Of a stretch of 64,000 bases of DNA, positions 63,160 to 64,000 are shown one piece after another. Within the stretch, counting starts at the first letter, position 1. Each line of letters begins with the position of its first letter. The DNA is from Sedimentisphaerales bacterium (GTDB lineage: Bacteria > Planctomycetota > Phycisphaerae > Sedimentisphaerales > Anaerobacaceae). Location of the stretch: positions 4,032,001-4,096,000 of the forward strand of contig OY970194.1 in NCBI GenBank assembly GCA_963708075.1. The letters are read 5' to 3'. The position numbers and the translations under genes were made by a program. The notes below the pieces were generated by a model. The model was not told the origin of the DNA. It searched no databases and saw nothing but the letters and a program-made list of their open reading frames with translations.

Positions 63160-63492
63160 GACAGAGGGTTCCACCCTGCCGGTTTTGACCGAAAGGGATG
63201 CGGGTGGAGACAAAATGGAGACAGAGTGCCCCGGGCTGTCACAAGTAACATTTTGTCTTTCCCTCTGGATGCAACCGTGAACGAACGCAGCGCCACGAAT
63301 GGCTCTGCCACTGGAAACCCGCAACGACAGTCCGCCAAATGTGTGCACTGTTCCACGCGTTGGCCAAGTCGTTGGCGTCCGACAACCTGTGGCCTGCCCT
63401 CGTGTTTCTCACAGCTCTCGTGATTACGGCCAGTCTCAGAGCTGCGGGAAGTCACATCGCCAAGTGGCGACGCGGAAAACGGCGGAGAGCCG

Positions 63493-64000
63493 TTAGATGA
63501 TGGTCACCTGAACGCGGCTTTCGATGATCCCCGCTGCGATGGCGTAGCGCGTGAGCCCCGCGGTGTCGTGGAGGTCCAGCTTGCTCATGAGATGCTGCCG
63601 ATGCTTCTCCACCGTCTTGATGCTGATGCCGAGCTCCCGTGCGACTTGTTTGTTGGCTTTGCCTTCGGCAATCAATTGCAGCACCTCTACTTCGCGTGAA
63701 CTCAAGGCAGTTTGTTTTTTCTTGAGCACTCCGCACCCATCCGGCGACTCCAAAGAAAGACTGTGCAGGCGATTGGCAATGGAGGGACTGAAGAATGTGT
63801 TTCCTTTTTGGACTTCCCGGATCGCCCTGGACAGGAGATCGGCGGACGTTTCTTTGATCAGATATCCCGCCGCGCCCAACAGGACTACTTGCCGGATGTA
63901 CTCGTCGTCACCATGTGCGGAGAGTATGAGCACCCTGGTAGTGGGGACAGCTTTCCGAATTCGTCGGGTGGCTTCCAGACCATTGAGCAGCGGCATCGCG
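63493..64000 (-). CDS. NarL/LuxR-family response regulator (5' end outside the window)
   Basis: MPLLNGLEAT, GAAGYLIK, LSSREVEVLQLIAEG and ISIKTVEKHR. Confidence 0.93.
   Translation of the reverse strand, partial: AMPLLNGLEATRRIRKAVPTTRVLILSAHGDDEYIRQVVLLGAAGYLIKETSADLLSRAIREVQKGNTFFSPSIANRLHSLSLESPDGCGVLKKKQTALSSREVEVLQLIAEGKANKQVARELGISIKTVEKHRQHLMSKLDLHDTAGLTRYAIAAGIIESRVQVTII

Overview
GC-rich bacterial window, possibly Planctomycetota (inferred from the transposase type and one small protein). It has four blocks. (1) 1-24.5 kb: a divergent type II FAS/PKS cluster of the aryl-polyene/'ladderane-like' kind. It encodes four complete ketosynthases, two Cys-less KS partners, two ACPs, FabG, two hot-dog dehydratases, a thioesterase, a Tyr/Phe-type ammonia-lyase, an aryl-CoA ligase, a PlsC acyltransferase, a phytoene-desaturase-like flavoenzyme, MMPL/LolA export proteins, a PagL-like barrel and at least three tandem cobalamin-dependent radical SAM enzymes. 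The cluster runs off the left edge. (2) 24.5-32 kb: a deletion scar (sulfatase lacking its N-terminus, 39-bp duplication), a GH63-like glucosidase and membrane proteins. (3) 32-55 kb: a glycogen-to-acetate module (glgX, pgi, pgm, rpiB, glgP, fba, xfp, ackA), a HlyD/OMF/RbbA/permease exporter, a LOG-family protein and a beta-CASP hydrolase. (4) 55.4-64 kb: a decayed mobile region with three co-oriented tRNA-Phe-derived att-like fragments, 12-bp-period repeats, IS remnants, uup, a divergent DnaB paralogue and a 3'-5' exonuclease. Seven genes carry single-base frameshifts, and three of these fall in the same GAGACC/GGTCTC hexamer, which points to motif-specific sequencing error. All assignments come from reading motifs by eye; no searches were run.
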